Source of the DNA: an uncultured Pelagibacteraceae bacterium
GTDB lineage: Bacteria; Pseudomonadota; Alphaproteobacteria; Pelagibacterales; Pelagibacteraceae
Assembly (NCBI GenBank): GCA_902614835.1
Contig: CACMMU010000001.1
Location: 15,944-79,943 of the forward strand
Length of the DNA: 64,000 nt
Direction: 5' to 3'
Part shown: positions 21,014 through 31,413 of the stretch, piece after piece
Position numbering within the stretch: the stretch's first letter is position 1
Layout: every line of letters begins with the position of its first letter
Translations under genes and position numbers: made by a program
The notes under the pieces: generated by a model
Told to the model about the DNA's origin: nothing
What the model saw: only the letters and a program-made list of their open reading frames with translations
Database searches by the model: none

Positions 21014-21777
21014 TGTTTTATTCAAAAAGTTTAAAAAAAAATAGTAATTTTAAACATTGTTTTTTTTCAAGAAACAATGGAATTTCTAAAGGTATTTATG
21101 AAAGCCTCAATTGTGGTTTGGGCAGCAAAGATCAAAAATCAAATATAAAAAAAAATTTGGATATAGTAGCAAAAAAATTTGATATGGACTCTAAACTTTT
21201 AGTTTTGATGAACCAAACACATAGTAATAAAGTAGTGTTAATCGAGGATAATATTAGTTTGAAAAGAATTAACTCAGATGCCATGTTAACTAAGAACTCA
21301 TCTATAGCTTTAGGTGTACTTACAGCAGACTGTGCTCCAATCTTATTTTTTGAGCAAAAAGAACAGATAGCTGGATGTATACATGCGGGCTGGAAGGGAG
21401 CAATCAATGGTGTAATCGAAAATACTCTAATGAAACTTAGAGAAATTGGAGGTAACCCTGAAGAACTTGTGGTTTGCATAGGGCCATGTATCAGTAAACA
21501 AAGCTACGAGGTAAAAGAAGATTTTTATTCTATTTTTAAAAATAAATTTAAAGAAAATGATTCCTTTTTTACTAGAAAAGATAAAAAAACATTTAATTTT
21601 GATTTGAGAGGGTTTGTGAATAAAAAATTTAAAAATTTTGGAGTCTCAGAAATAGACAATATATTAATCGATACATTTGCCACTAAGAATGAATACTTTA
21701 GCCATAGAAGGGCCAAAAAGTTAAAGGAGAATGACTACGGAAGATGTATATCGGTAATAAAAAAAATTACTTCTTAA
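21013..21777 (+). CDS. pgeF: peptidoglycan editing factor PgeF (YfiH/laccase-domain protein)
   Basis: Motifs NQTHSNKV, LTADCAPILFF, HAGWKG and SHRR. Confidence 0.85.
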   Translation: MFYSKSLKKNSNFKHCFFSRNNGISKGIYESLNCGLGSKDQKSNIKKNLDIVAKKFDMDSKLLVLMNQTHSNKVVLIEDNISLKRINSDAMLTKNSSIALGVLTADCAPILFFEQKEQIAGCIHAGWKGAINGVIENTLMKLREIGGNPEELVVCIGPCISKQSYEVKEDFYSIFKNKFKENDSFFTRKDKKTFNFDLRGFVNKKFKNFGVSEIDNILIDTFATKNEYFSHRRAKKLKENDYGRCISVIKKITS

Positions 21778-21823
21778 ATTAATTGAAAACATTGATTAAT
21801 AGATGTATAAATAAATTGTTCTA

Positions 21824-22756
21824 ATGAAAATTTTATCAGGAACAAGCAATCTCTCACTCAGCAAGGGTATCTCTAAACTCCTTAGGCTAAAATTAGTAAA
21901 CACGAATATTAAAAATTTTGCTGACGGAGAAATTTACGTAGAAATAAACGAGAATATAAGGGGTAATAGTGTTTTTGTAATCCAATCAACATCTACACCT
22001 GCGAATGATAATTTAATGGAACTCCTTTTGTGTATTGACGCATTAAAAAGATCGTCAGCAAAAAATATAACTGCAGTAATTCCGTATTTTGGATACGCAA
22101 GACAAGACAGAAAGGTAGTTCCAAGAACTTCTATATCCGCAAAACTTGTTTCTAATTTAATCACAAATGCAGGAGCAAACAGAATAGTAACTGTAGACTT
22201 GCACTCAGGACAAATTCAGGGTTTCTTTGACATGCCAGTGGATAATCTTTTTACTACCCCAATATTTGCAAGATACATCAAAAAAAATATTAAAAGTAAA
22301 AATTTTATCTGTGTTTCTCCTGATGCGGGAGGGATAGAAAGAACAAGAGGCTTAGCAAAAAAAATTAATGCTGATTTGGCGATTATAGATAAAAGAAGAC
22401 CTCAAGCAGGAAAATCTCAAGTCATGAATATTATTGGGCAAGTTAAAGATAAAGATTGTATAATTGTTGATGATATTATTGATAGTGGTGGTACAATTGT
22501 TAATGCTGCGGATGCTCTTATAAAAAAAGGCGCAAAGGATGTTTATGTGTTTGTAACGCACGCAGTGCTAAGTGGTGAGGCAATCAATAGAATAAAAAAA
22601 TCAAAAATTAAAAAATTGGTAATTACGGATAGCATTGATAACTCTAAAAGAATAAAGAATATTAATAAAATTCAAGTATTATCTATTGCTCCACTAATGG
22701 CTGAAGCTATAAAAAGGATTTCGAATTCAACATCTGTGTCAGATCTATTTAATTAG
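21824..22756 (+). CDS. prs: ribose-phosphate pyrophosphokinase
   Basis: 310 aa. YFGYARQDRK, the PRPP-binding loop DCIIVDDIIDSGGT and DLHSGQIQGFF. Confidence 0.97.
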   Translation: MKILSGTSNLSLSKGISKLLRLKLVNTNIKNFADGEIYVEINENIRGNSVFVIQSTSTPANDNLMELLLCIDALKRSSAKNITAVIPYFGYARQDRKVVPRTSISAKLVSNLITNAGANRIVTVDLHSGQIQGFFDMPVDNLFTTPIFARYIKKNIKSKNFICVSPDAGGIERTRGLAKKINADLAIIDKRRPQAGKSQVMNIIGQVKDKDCIIVDDIIDSGGTIVNAADALIKKGAKDVYVFVTHAVLSGEAINRIKKSKIKKLVITDSIDNSKRIKNINKIQVLSIAPLMAEAIKRISNSTSVSDLFN

Positions 22757-22797
22757 CACTTGTTTTATTTCAAAGTTGGGTTAAATTGCTCCTTCAA

Positions 22798-23559
22798 ATG
22801 ATAAATAACTTAAAAGCTACCAAGCGAGAAACCAAAACTGCGGGAGAAACTAAGAGTTTGAGATTAAAAGGTTTGATACCTGCAATTTTATATGGCGGCC
22901 AAAGTCCAAATTTAAAAATAAGTGTTGAGGAAAAATCATTTAATAACATGTTCAATTCAGAAACATTTTTATCAACAATTATTGATTTGGATATTGAGGG
23001 AAAGAAGGAAAAGGTTATTCCTAGAGATGTTTCTTTTCATGTTGTTACCGAAAAGCCTGCTCATATAGATTTTATGAGAATAGTAAAAGGCTCAAAAATT
23101 ATTCTAGAAATTCCAGTAATATTTAAAAATAACAGTAGTTCGCCAGGGTTAAAGAAGGGCGGAGTTCTTAATATCGTTAGACGAAAAGTTCAATTAAAAT
23201 GCCAAGCCGAAAATATTCCAGATAACCTTGAGGTTGACTTGACTGGATTAGACATCGGAGCAAGTGTAAAGATTTCTTCAGTTAGGTTACCAGAGAATGC
23301 TAAACCTACAATAAGTGATAGAGATTTTGTGGTTGCAACAATAGCTCCACCAACAATTGTAAAAGAGCCAGAAAAAACTACGGAAGAACAAGCGATTGAA
23401 GGTACTGATGGTGAGGCGGCAACAACTGTAGAAGGTGCTGAGGCTGCTCCTGCTAAAGAGGGAGAGGCTGGGAAGAAGGATGAAAAAGCCAAAGATCAGC
23501 CTACAGATAAAAAATCTTCTGCTGATAAAAAACCAACTGAAAAGAAAGAAAAGAAATAA
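22798..23559 (+). CDS. rplY: 50S ribosomal protein L25/general stress protein Ctc
   Basis: L25/Ctc N-domain (LRLKGLIPAILYG ... ) and beta-barrel C-domain, then a ~65-aa E/K/A-rich tail. ATG at 22798 is preferred to the TTG at 22786. The rplY-pth-ychF order is widely conserved. Confidence 0.9.
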   Translation: MINNLKATKRETKTAGETKSLRLKGLIPAILYGGQSPNLKISVEEKSFNNMFNSETFLSTIIDLDIEGKKEKVIPRDVSFHVVTEKPAHIDFMRIVKGSKIILEIPVIFKNNSSSPGLKKGGVLNIVRRKVQLKCQAENIPDNLEVDLTGLDIGASVKISSVRLPENAKPTISDRDFVVATIAPPTIVKEPEKTTEEQAIEGTDGEAATTVEGAEAAPAKEGEAGKKDEKAKDQPTDKKSSADKKPTEKKEKK

Positions 23560-23564
23560 TTTTT

Positions 23565-24137
23565 ATGCTTTTGCTAGTAGGGTTAGGAAATCCGGGACCA
23601 AATAATTTAAATAACAGACATAATATTGGTTTTAAAATCATCGACGCAATTAACCAGCAGTTTAACTTATCCAAGCAAAAACCTAAATTTAAAGGTCTTT
23701 TGACGACAGGTAATATTAATAATAAAAAAGTTTATGCCATCAAACCCTTAACCTTTATGAATAATTCAGGGACATGTATTAGAGAACTGATAGAATATTT
23801 TAAGATCGATGCAAAAGATGTTTTTGTTTTCCATGATGACATGGATATTGATTTAGGAAAAGTGAAGGCAAAATTTGGTGGTAGTAGTGCTGGTCATAAT
23901 GGAATTGAGTCGATAGACAAATCTATTGGAAAAGAATACTCAAGAGTTAGAATTGGTATAGGTCACCCAAAAGAAGAGAAGAAAGTAAATAATCATGTTT
24001 TAGAAGACTTCAATGAAACTGAGGAAGAGAAAATTCAAGACATTACTGAAAATATCGTAAAACTCATACCAACTCTAATAGATAAAAAAATTGATACATT
24101 TTCTAGCAAAGTAAATCAGAATCTTAATGGGATTTAA
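23565..24137 (+). CDS. pth: peptidyl-tRNA hydrolase
   Basis: LLVGLGNPG...RHNIGF N-terminal signature and GGSSAGHNGIESI. Confidence 0.95.
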   Translation: MLLLVGLGNPGPNNLNNRHNIGFKIIDAINQQFNLSKQKPKFKGLLTTGNINNKKVYAIKPLTFMNNSGTCIRELIEYFKIDAKDVFVFHDDMDIDLGKVKAKFGGSSAGHNGIESIDKSIGKEYSRVRIGIGHPKEEKKVNNHVLEDFNETEEEKIQDITENIVKLIPTLIDKKIDTFSSKVNQNLNGI

Positions 24138-25200
24138 GTGTGGAATAGTAGGTTTGCCTAATGTTGGTAAATCAACTCTTTTTAATGCTTTAACATCTTC
24201 AAAAAATGCACAGGCTGCCAACTTTCCTTTCTGCACTATAGATCCAAATATTGGAATAGTCGATGTACCAGATATGAGGCTAGATAGATTACATCAGATA
24301 TCTAAATCAAAAAAAAAAATAAATGCAAATATAACTTTTGTAGATATCGCAGGTCTTGTAAAAGGAGCATCCAAAGGTGAAGGTCTGGGGAATAAGTTTC
24401 TTTCACATATAAGAGAAGTAGATGCAATCGTTCACCTGGTAAGATGTTTTGACTCTGAGAATATACAGCATGTCAATAAAAATATAGATCCGATAAATGA
24501 TCTAGAAACAATAAAGACAGAAATCTTATTAGCAGATATCAATCAGGTAGAAAAAAAATTGCAAAAGAATATGAAAAAAAAAATGACAAGTAAGGAAATA
24601 GAATTTCTTGAGGAAGTACTAAATCGATTGAATAAAGGTGGCGATCTAAATGATTTCTCGGATAATGAAAAACAAAAAACCCTCAGGGAAATTGGATTAA
24701 TATCCATAAAACCATACATAATTGTAAGCAATGTAGATGAAAGAGATGTAAAAAACGGTAATAATTACACTAAAAAGTTGAAAGAGAAATTTCCTGGGCA
24801 AAAACATATTGTTATATGTGCAGATATAGAAGATCAAATAACAGATCTTAAAACAGATGAAAGAGCTGATTATATGCAAAATATTGGCTTACAAAAGACA
24901 GGATTAGATCAGCTAATTATAACCGGCTATGAACTTTTAAATCTAAGAACTTTTTTTACCTCTGGGCCAGAAGAAACAAAGGCTTGGACTATTAAAAAAA
25001 ATACGAATGCACAGGATGCATCTGCGGTTATACATTCTGATTTTCAAAAAAACTTTATAAGAGCCGAAACTGTATCTTTCGAAGATTTTGAGAAGTATGG
25101 AGGTGCTGAAAAGGCTAAGGAAAATGGAAAGTTAAGAGTTGAAGGTAAAGATTACCTGGTTAGAGATGGAGATGTTTTATTTTTCAGGGTCAACGTCTGA
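24127..25200 (+). CDS. ychF: redox-regulated ATPase YchF
   Basis: G1 [22 protein letters not shown], and TGS/YchF C-domain ([29 protein letters not shown]). Confidence 0.96.
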   Translation: MGFKCGIVGLPNVGKSTLFNALTSSKNAQAANFPFCTIDPNIGIVDVPDMRLDRLHQISKSKKKINANITFVDIAGLVKGASKGEGLGNKFLSHIREVDAIVHLVRCFDSENIQHVNKNIDPINDLETIKTEILLADINQVEKKLQKNMKKKMTSKEIEFLEEVLNRLNKGGDLNDFSDNEKQKTLREIGLISIKPYIIVSNVDERDVKNGNNYTKKLKEKFPGQKHIVICADIEDQITDLKTDERADYMQNIGLQKTGLDQLIITGYELLNLRTFFTSGPEETKAWTIKKNTNAQDASAVIHSDFQKNFIRAETVSFEDFEKYGGAEKAKENGKLRVEGKDYLVRDGDVLFFRVNV

Positions 25201-25959
25201 CCAAAGTCTTCTCATACTAAAATATACTAGAGTGGTTAGAATTATGAGAAATATAATAACTCTCACACCCATTTTATGCCTTGCTTCTAAAGTAGGCTCA
25301 GCTGCCCAAGTTAAAAAAGTGGTGACATCTTTCGCCATTTGAGCCTCTGTTGATTTTGTACCATCGGCGTAAGTTACTATGCCTTCTGACAAGGGATTTG
25401 ACATCTTGATTTTTTTTCCTTCCATATACTTGTTGTAATATACTCCATCATCTAATTTTACGTTAGCAGGAGGATCTTCGTAGCCCATTAAAACCGAGTA
25501 GATATAATCGGCCCCTCCTTTTCTTGATTTTACTAAAACTGACATGTCAGGTGGGTAAGCCCCACCATTAGCAGCAGTAGCTGCTTGAATATTAGGGTAA
25601 GGGGAAGCAAACTTATCAGACGGTCTACCGGGTCTCATAAACATTTCACCTTCCTCATTGGGGCCATCCTGTATTTCAAAATTTGCGGCTATTGCTTTTA
25701 CTTGCTCAATAGAGAACTCAGGACCTCCCGTCTCTCCCAAATTTCTATAGCTTAATAATCTCATTGAGTGGCATGAAGCACAAACTTCGTTGTATACCTG
25801 ATAACCTCTTTGTAATGAGGCTCTATCAAACTTTCCTGTAATTCCCTTAAAAGACCACTCTTGCTTCAATAATTGTATCTTTTCAGATGAATTTAAGTTT
25901 CCAATTAAAATGAAAAATAAAAATGGTAAATAAAAAATAAAATTGGGTCTTTTATACAT
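25177..25959 (-). CDS. petC: cytochrome c1 (bc1 complex)
   Basis: N-terminal signal/TM, heme c site CASCHSM, PPDMS motif and a C-terminal TM anchor. 8-nt overlap with petB. Confidence 0.9.
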   Translation of the reverse strand: MYKRPNFIFYLPFLFFILIGNLNSSEKIQLLKQEWSFKGITGKFDRASLQRGYQVYNEVCASCHSMRLLSYRNLGETGGPEFSIEQVKAIAANFEIQDGPNEEGEMFMRPGRPSDKFASPYPNIQAATAANGGAYPPDMSVLVKSRKGGADYIYSVLMGYEDPPANVKLDDGVYYNKYMEGKKIKMSNPLSEGIVTYADGTKSTEAQMAKDVTTFLTWAAEPTLEARHKMGVRVIIFLIILTTLVYFSMRRLWSDVDPEK

Positions 25960-27217
25960 TGTCTAATTTGCTCGAATCTCTCATGAGTTCGGGTTTAGGC
26001 ATTCCAGTTAGTACCGGTTCCGAAATGCTTAGTGGCAATGGATCTGTTTTTTCTACTTTGCTCAAAAATGGCATAATGATTAAAAAATGCGCAAAATAAT
26101 AAGCTGTTCCAACTCTAGCAACAAAAAGATATATTCCTTCAGCGGGCATTGCACCTACATAACCTAATGCCAAAACGTCTATCATTAGAACCCAGAAAAA
26201 AGCTCTATATATAGGTCTAAAAACAGCTGACCTTACTTTGCCGCTATCTAACCATGGCAAAGCTAAAAGAATTATAAGTGAGCCGAATAATAAAATTACT
26301 CCTCCTAGTTTATCTGGTACAGATCTTAAAATTGCGTAAAATGGCAATAAATACCACTCAGGTACAATATGTGTTGGGGTAATTAACGGGTTGGCTGGTA
26401 TATAATTATCTGGGTGACCCAAAATATTTGGCGAAAAGAAAATAAAACCTGCAAATATAATTATAAAAATTAGCAAAGCAAATAGGTCTTTAATAGTTAT
26501 ATAAGGATGAAACGGAACTGTATCTTTAGATGGTTTTTTAATATCAATACCAACTGGATTATTATTTCCTGGTACATGAAGTGCCCAGATATGCAAAACA
26601 ACTAGACCTAAAATTATAAACGGAAACAAATAATGTAAACTAAAAAATCTTGTTAAAGTAGGATTGTCTACGGAATAGCCGCCCCATAACCATGTTACTA
26701 TACTGTCTCCAACTAAAGGTATGGCGCTAAATAAATTTGTTATAACAGTTGCTCCCCAAAAACTCATTTGACCCCAAGGCAACACATAACCCATAAAAGC
26801 TGTAGCCATCATTAAAATGTATATTAGCATTCCTAAAATCCAAATAACCTCTCTTGGTGACTTATATGATCCATAAAATAATGACCTAAAAATGTGAATA
26901 TAAACTGCTAAAAAAAACATAGATGCGCCGTTAGCATGTATATATCTTATTAACCAACCATAATTAACGTTTCTCATAATATGTTCGACACTATCGAAAG
27001 CCATATCTGCATGAGCAACATAATGCATCGCTAAAACTAGACCTGTAACGATTTGGGTTATGAGACAAAAAGTTAATATTCCACCAAAGGTCCACCAATA
27101 ATTTAAATTTTTAGGTGTTGGGTAATTCATTAAGTGATCACCTAATGTTAATAAAGGCAGCCTATCATTAAACCATTTCCCAAATTTAGAACCAGGAGTG
27201 TATGTATGTTCGCTCAT
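25952..27217 (-). CDS. petB: cytochrome b (bc1 complex)
   Basis: 421 aa. Classic cytochrome b pattern (NYWWTFGG..., [23 protein letters not shown]). Confidence 0.97.
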   Translation of the reverse strand: MSEHTYTPGSKFGKWFNDRLPLLTLGDHLMNYPTPKNLNYWWTFGGILTFCLITQIVTGLVLAMHYVAHADMAFDSVEHIMRNVNYGWLIRYIHANGASMFFLAVYIHIFRSLFYGSYKSPREVIWILGMLIYILMMATAFMGYVLPWGQMSFWGATVITNLFSAIPLVGDSIVTWLWGGYSVDNPTLTRFFSLHYLFPFIILGLVVLHIWALHVPGNNNPVGIDIKKPSKDTVPFHPYITIKDLFALLIFIIIFAGFIFFSPNILGHPDNYIPANPLITPTHIVPEWYLLPFYAILRSVPDKLGGVILLFGSLIILLALPWLDSGKVRSAVFRPIYRAFFWVLMIDVLALGYVGAMPAEGIYLFVARVGTAYYFAHFLIIMPFLSKVEKTDPLPLSISEPVLTGMPKPELMRDSSKLDNV

Positions 27218-27223
27218 AAATAA

Positions 27224-27736
27224 TTATCCAATTTTAATTGTGTTGTTATCAACAAATTCATATTTTGGTACTTCCATATTTGTTGGTGCCGGTCCTTTTC
27301 TTATCCTTCCAGACGTATCATAGTGAGATCCGTGACACGGACAGAACCAACCGTTGTAATCACCTTTATCTGATAAAGGCACACAGCCAAGATGTGTACA
27401 AATGCCCAACATAACTAACCATTCCTCTTTTTTAACTCTATCTTCATCCTTTTCTGGATGTTTTAAATCTTCTAAATTAACTTTTTTTGCCTCAGCGATT
27501 TCTTCGGAGGTTCTTCTTTTGATAAAAACTGGTTTACCTCTCCATAAAACTGTTATTGCTTTTCCCGGCTGAATTTGGCTTAGATCAACTTCGGTTGAGG
27601 CAAGTGCTTTGACTGAACTATCAGGATTCATTTGGTCAATAAAGGGCCAAACTGTTGCACCTATACCTATAGCCCCAACTGTATAGCTTGCGGTAAAAAG
27701 AAAATCTCTTCTGTCTTTTTTTCCTGATTTATCCAT
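27224..27736 (-). CDS. petA: ubiquinol-cytochrome c reductase Rieske iron-sulfur subunit
   Basis: Tat-like N-terminus (RRDFL) and Rieske boxes CTHLGCVP and CPCHGSHYD. Confidence 0.95.
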   Translation of the reverse strand: MDKSGKKDRRDFLFTASYTVGAIGIGATVWPFIDQMNPDSSVKALASTEVDLSQIQPGKAITVLWRGKPVFIKRRTSEEIAEAKKVNLEDLKHPEKDEDRVKKEEWLVMLGICTHLGCVPLSDKGDYNGWFCPCHGSHYDTSGRIRKGPAPTNMEVPKYEFVDNNTIKIG

Positions 27737-27865
27737 AAAATTATATTAACATTAATTATTTAATAAATAGGAACTATTTATAATTCATAACCGGGTCAGA
27801 ATGACACATAAAATTGTTTTAAATTCCTTAATTCATGATTTTATAAACAATAATATTAATTCTAA

Positions 27866-28717
27866 ATGAGAACAAAATTAGAAATAAGAAAAATAGTTAC
27901 TAGCGATTGGTTTAAATTTCTCCAAAACCAAATATGCGAAGAATTTGAGCAAATTGAGAAAGGGAAATCTAGATCAAAAAAATCAAAAACCTTTAAAAAA
28001 ACTTCTTGGAAAAAATCAAAAAATCCTATGGATGGCGGCGGCACTTATGCAATTTTAAAAAATGGAGCAGTTTTTGATAGTGTTGGTGTAAATTTTTCCG
28101 AGGTTTCTGGAAGATTTCATAAAAAATTTAGATCACAAATTTTTGGGGCTCGAGAAAATCCAAATTACTGGGCATCAGGAATATCAGTAGTGGCACACAT
28201 GAAAAACCCAAAAATACCCGCAATGCATTTTAATACTAGATTTATTGTAACATCAAAAAATTGGTTCGGCGGAGGTATGGACGCAACTCCAACAATAAAA
28301 GATTTGAAAGAGAAAAAATTATTTCATAAGAAGATAAAAATTACATGTGACAAGTACAGTAAAAAATATTACCCTAAATATAAAAAATGGTGTGATGAGT
28401 ATTTTTACCTGCCTCACAGGAGAGAAACTAGAGGTATTGGTGGAATATTTTTTGATTATAAAAAAAATAATTGGGAAAAAGATTTTAGTTTTGTAAGGGA
28501 CGTGGGGCTATGTTTTTTAGATTGTGCAAAAACAATTATTACAAAAAAAATGAATTCAAAATGGTCAAAAAAACAAAAAAATCAACAATTCTATAAAAGG
28601 GGAAGGTATGTAGAATTTAACTTGTTATACGACAGAGGAACAAAATTTGGTTTAAACACAGGTGGAAATGTTAATGCAATTCTTATGTCGCTACCTCCAG
28701 CTGCAAAATGGAAATAA
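27866..28717 (+). CDS. hemF: oxygen-dependent coproporphyrinogen III oxidase
   Basis: Pattern GGGTYAILKNGAVFDSVGVNFSEVSG ... AHMKNPKIPAMHFNTRF ... WFGGGMD TP ... RGIGGIFFD ... VEFNLLYDRGTKFGL. Confidence 0.93.
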   Translation: MRTKLEIRKIVTSDWFKFLQNQICEEFEQIEKGKSRSKKSKTFKKTSWKKSKNPMDGGGTYAILKNGAVFDSVGVNFSEVSGRFHKKFRSQIFGARENPNYWASGISVVAHMKNPKIPAMHFNTRFIVTSKNWFGGGMDATPTIKDLKEKKLFHKKIKITCDKYSKKYYPKYKKWCDEYFYLPHRRETRGIGGIFFDYKKNNWEKDFSFVRDVGLCFLDCAKTIITKKMNSKWSKKQKNQQFYKRGRYVEFNLLYDRGTKFGLNTGGNVNAILMSLPPAAKWK

Positions 28718-29194
28718 ATGGATAAAGAGCCAATAACAGTTTCGGGTTTAAAAAAACTTCAAAAAGAGTTGGAAGAAATTAAAACTATTAAAAGACCAAA
28801 AATTATTGCGGCTATAGCAGAAGCAAGGGGTCATGGAGATTTAAAAGAAAACGCAGAATATCATGCAGCTAAAGAACAACAGGCGCAAACAGAAAGTAGA
28901 GCTATGCAAATCAATAGCGTAATAGCAAATGCAAATGTAATTGACGTAAAAGAAATAGAAAATACTGGTAAAATTATTTTTGGAACGACAGTTACTGTTA
29001 AAGATTTAGATAAAGGAAATTTAAATTCTTTTAGAATTGTAGGTAAGGACGAAGCTGACGTAAATAAAAATTTAATTTATTTTAAATCACCAATGGGAAA
29101 GTCTTTAATTGGGAAAAAAAATAAGGATTTGATAAACTTTGTTACCCCATCTGGAGAAAAAAATTATGAGATAATTAAAGTAGAATATATTTAA
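28718..29194 (+). CDS. greA: transcription elongation factor GreA
   Basis: 158 aa. GDLKENAEYHAAKEQQ coiled-coil finger and C-terminal FKBP-like domain (SPMGKSLIGKK). Confidence 0.95.
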   Translation: MDKEPITVSGLKKLQKELEEIKTIKRPKIIAAIAEARGHGDLKENAEYHAAKEQQAQTESRAMQINSVIANANVIDVKEIENTGKIIFGTTVTVKDLDKGNLNSFRIVGKDEADVNKNLIYFKSPMGKSLIGKKNKDLINFVTPSGEKNYEIIKVEYI

Positions 29195-29195
29195 A

Positions 29196-30440
29196 TTAAG
29201 TAAGCTTTTTAATTAAAGCCTTGATATCACTATCATTAATAACAAAATTATTTTCAATCCACTTTTTTTCGATCTTTTTTAAAGCCTGTCCCATTTTTTT
29301 TCCACTTTTAAAACCATACTTAAAAAGATCATTGCCAGTTATAGGCATCTTGGGTGTCACTGACTTGTTTATTTGAGATAAAGTTTTTATTCTATTAGAA
29401 TTAAAGTTCTTTTTACTAACTAAATTAAAAATTATAAATATTTTTTTCATATTATCTTTTCCATAAAAGAAAATGTTTTTTTTCAGATTTTTTGTAAAAA
29501 ATTCTTCGTACGATTTAGTTTCTTTTAAAACTTTTGAAAATAAATTTATGTTACTCTTTAGTTGATTTGAAACTTTATACTTATGAAAAAAGTACTCATG
29601 ATTATTTGAGGAGTCTAATAACATAGAAGCAAAAATTATATCTTTTTCTGGTTTGACGTCATTAAATTTATACAATTTTTTAAGTTTTTTAATTCTAGAT
29701 AAATGCTTAAATTCTGGGAAAATTAATTTAAAAATTTCAAGTATAAATTCATTTTTAAACAAATCGTAAAAATTTCTAAGTTTAATAATTTTTTCTAACT
29801 CACTTAAAACTCTTTCTTTTGATAATTTTATTATTCCGTTTAAGTTTACTTTTATTGCTTTTTTTACTTCTTCGCTTATTTCGAAACTTTGATACTGTAT
29901 TGAGAACCTTATAAACCTTAAAATTCTTAAAAAGTCTTCTTTAATCCTTTGATTTGGATCGCCAATAAATTTAACCCTTTTGTTTTTAAGATCCTCTAAG
30001 CCTAGTTGGGGATCAAAAATTTTTCCTTTTTGATCAAGATAAATAGCGTTGATAGTAAAATCTCTTCTTTTCGAATCTTCTGTCCAATTTTCTGTAAATT
30101 CTATTTTTGCATGTCTACCATCTGTTAAAATATCTTTTCTTAATGTTGTAATTTCAAACTTCTGCCCCTCAAAAATTAAAGTTAAAGTTCCATGATCAAC
30201 CCCTGTTTCCTTAACTTGTATGTTAGAATTTTGAAATTTTTTACTGATTTCATTTGGGGTTAAAGAGGTTGCGATATCAATATCATCGATTTTTTCTTTT
30301 AGAAGGTGTTTGCGAACACAACCTCCAACAAACATGGCTTGATTTTTATTTTCTGAATTCAAAATATAAAAAATTTTCTTAATTTTTTTTGACTTATAAA
30401 AAGGAAAAAAAGAATTTTTTATTTTTTCAATTAAAAACAT
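29196..30440 (-). CDS. cca: CCA-adding tRNA nucleotidyltransferase / poly(A) polymerase family protein
   Basis: Class II nucleotidyltransferase head (FVGGCVRKHLL...DDIDIAT ... RRDFTINAIY ... ED.LRILR). Confidence 0.82.
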   Translation of the reverse strand: MFLIEKIKNSFFPFYKSKKIKKIFYILNSENKNQAMFVGGCVRKHLLKEKIDDIDIATSLTPNEISKKFQNSNIQVKETGVDHGTLTLIFEGQKFEITTLRKDILTDGRHAKIEFTENWTEDSKRRDFTINAIYLDQKGKIFDPQLGLEDLKNKRVKFIGDPNQRIKEDFLRILRFIRFSIQYQSFEISEEVKKAIKVNLNGIIKLSKERVLSELEKIIKLRNFYDLFKNEFILEIFKLIFPEFKHLSRIKKLKKLYKFNDVKPEKDIIFASMLLDSSNNHEYFFHKYKVSNQLKSNINLFSKVLKETKSYEEFFTKNLKKNIFFYGKDNMKKIFIIFNLVSKKNFNSNRIKTLSQINKSVTPKMPITGNDLFKYGFKSGKKMGQALKKIEKKWIENNFVINDSDIKALIKKLT

Positions 30441-30446
30441 AATTAT

Positions 30447-30520
30447 TGGCTGGGGCGCTAGGATTCGAACCTAGGATGGCGGTACCAAAAACCGCTGCCT
30501 TACCGCTTGGCTACGCCCCA
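30447..30520 (-). tRNA. tRNA-Gln (anticodon UUG), 3' CCA encoded
   Basis: Minus-strand read: TGGGGCGTAGCCAAGCGGTAAGGCAGCGGTTTTTGGTACCGCCATCCTAGGTTCGAATCCTAGCGCCCCAGCCA. 7-bp acceptor stem TGGGGCG/CGCCCCA, anticodon stem GCGGT/ACCGC with loop TT-TTG-GT (anticodon at complement 30486-30488), T-arm CTAGG-TTCGAATC-CCTAG. Closely resembles E. coli tRNA-Gln. Confidence 0.9.
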
Positions 30521-30552
30521 AAGTAAATTTCATATACCACAAAAAAACGAAA

Positions 30553-31410
30553 TTAAATAGTTTTACCAGTAGCACACCAATAATTTGGGAATTTTTTTTT
30601 AATTTTAATATGTGCTGATACAGCACTTTTCTTTGTTAAAAAAAGCCCAAAACAAGCAGAACCTGACCCTGTTAATCTAGAAAATTGACAATTATTTGTT
30701 TTCTGAATTTCATTTAAAATTTTTTTAATAATAGGGTATTTTTTAATAACTATTTTTTCCAAAAGATTTCCCTTTTTTTTTAGCAAAGAAATTAAATTTT
30801 TTTTTGAATTAAAATTATAATTTTTTTTTTTTATTTGATTATAAGAATTCACTTTTGAATAGACCTCTTTTGTTGAACATTTAAGAAATGGATAAACCAC
30901 AATAAAATAAAATCTCTGTTTACTTTTAATAATTTTAATACTTCTTAGATTTTCTTGAAACATTTGACTTGATACAAAAAATAATTTTAAATCAGAGCCT
31001 AATATTCTTGAAAAAAAATTTATTTCTTTTTCTGAAATTTTTTTACCTTTCAAAAAGTGTTTTATTATAGCTGCGGAGTTGCTCGATCCTCCACCCATTC
31101 CTGAAAAAGCTGGTATTTTTTTTTTTACTTCTAAAAAATAACTCTGGTTATAAGGTAAATATCCACTTTTTCTTAACACAGACAATGATTTTAAAATACT
31201 ATTATCATTTTTTTTAACATGATTGGAAAAACTACCAATAAAATTAATTTTATCTTTTTTTCCAATGATTTTTTTAATTTTTATCTCATCAAATAAATTA
31301 ATAATATGTACAAGTGATTGAATATTATGAAGATTTGTTTTTTTCTCTTTTTTTCCAATATCTAAAAACAGATTTAATTTACAATAAGATCTAAGAAAAT
31401 TATATTTCAT
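30553..31410 (-). CDS. ispE: 4-diphosphocytidyl-2-C-methyl-D-erythritol kinase
   Basis: GHMP kinase. N-terminal KLNLFLDI and the ATP loop IPAFSGMGGGSSNSAA. Confidence 0.87.
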   Translation of the reverse strand: MKYNFLRSYCKLNLFLDIGKKEKKTNLHNIQSLVHIINLFDEIKIKKIIGKKDKINFIGSFSNHVKKNDNSILKSLSVLRKSGYLPYNQSYFLEVKKKIPAFSGMGGGSSNSAAIIKHFLKGKKISEKEINFFSRILGSDLKLFFVSSQMFQENLRSIKIIKSKQRFYFIVVYPFLKCSTKEVYSKVNSYNQIKKKNYNFNSKKNLISLLKKKGNLLEKIVIKKYPIIKKILNEIQKTNNCQFSRLTGSGSACFGLFLTKKSAVSAHIKIKKKFPNYWCATGKTI

Positions 31411-31413
31411 ATT

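Noticed and set aside
21132-21479. 115-aa antisense ORF within pgeF. Similar antisense ORFs occur in carB, uvrB, prs, the TPR gene, thrC and smc.
   Set aside because: All are embedded in genes with clear family motifs on the other strand. None has its own recognisable motifs or an independent spacer.
23190-23492. 100-aa A/S/G-rich antisense ORF in rplY
   Set aside because: It is an artefact of the GC-richer low-complexity tail of L25.
25188-25202. Hairpin GGTCA-ACGTC-TGACC at the ychF/petC overlap as an intrinsic terminator
   Set aside because: The stem is only 5 bp, and no T-run follows on either strand in the correct orientation.
27781-27836. Direct repeat TAATTCAT (27781-27788 and 27829-27836) in the petA/hemF spacer
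   Set aside because: An 8-mer of A/T-rich sequence repeated once in AT-rich DNA is expected by chance. It has no helical phasing and no palindromic character.
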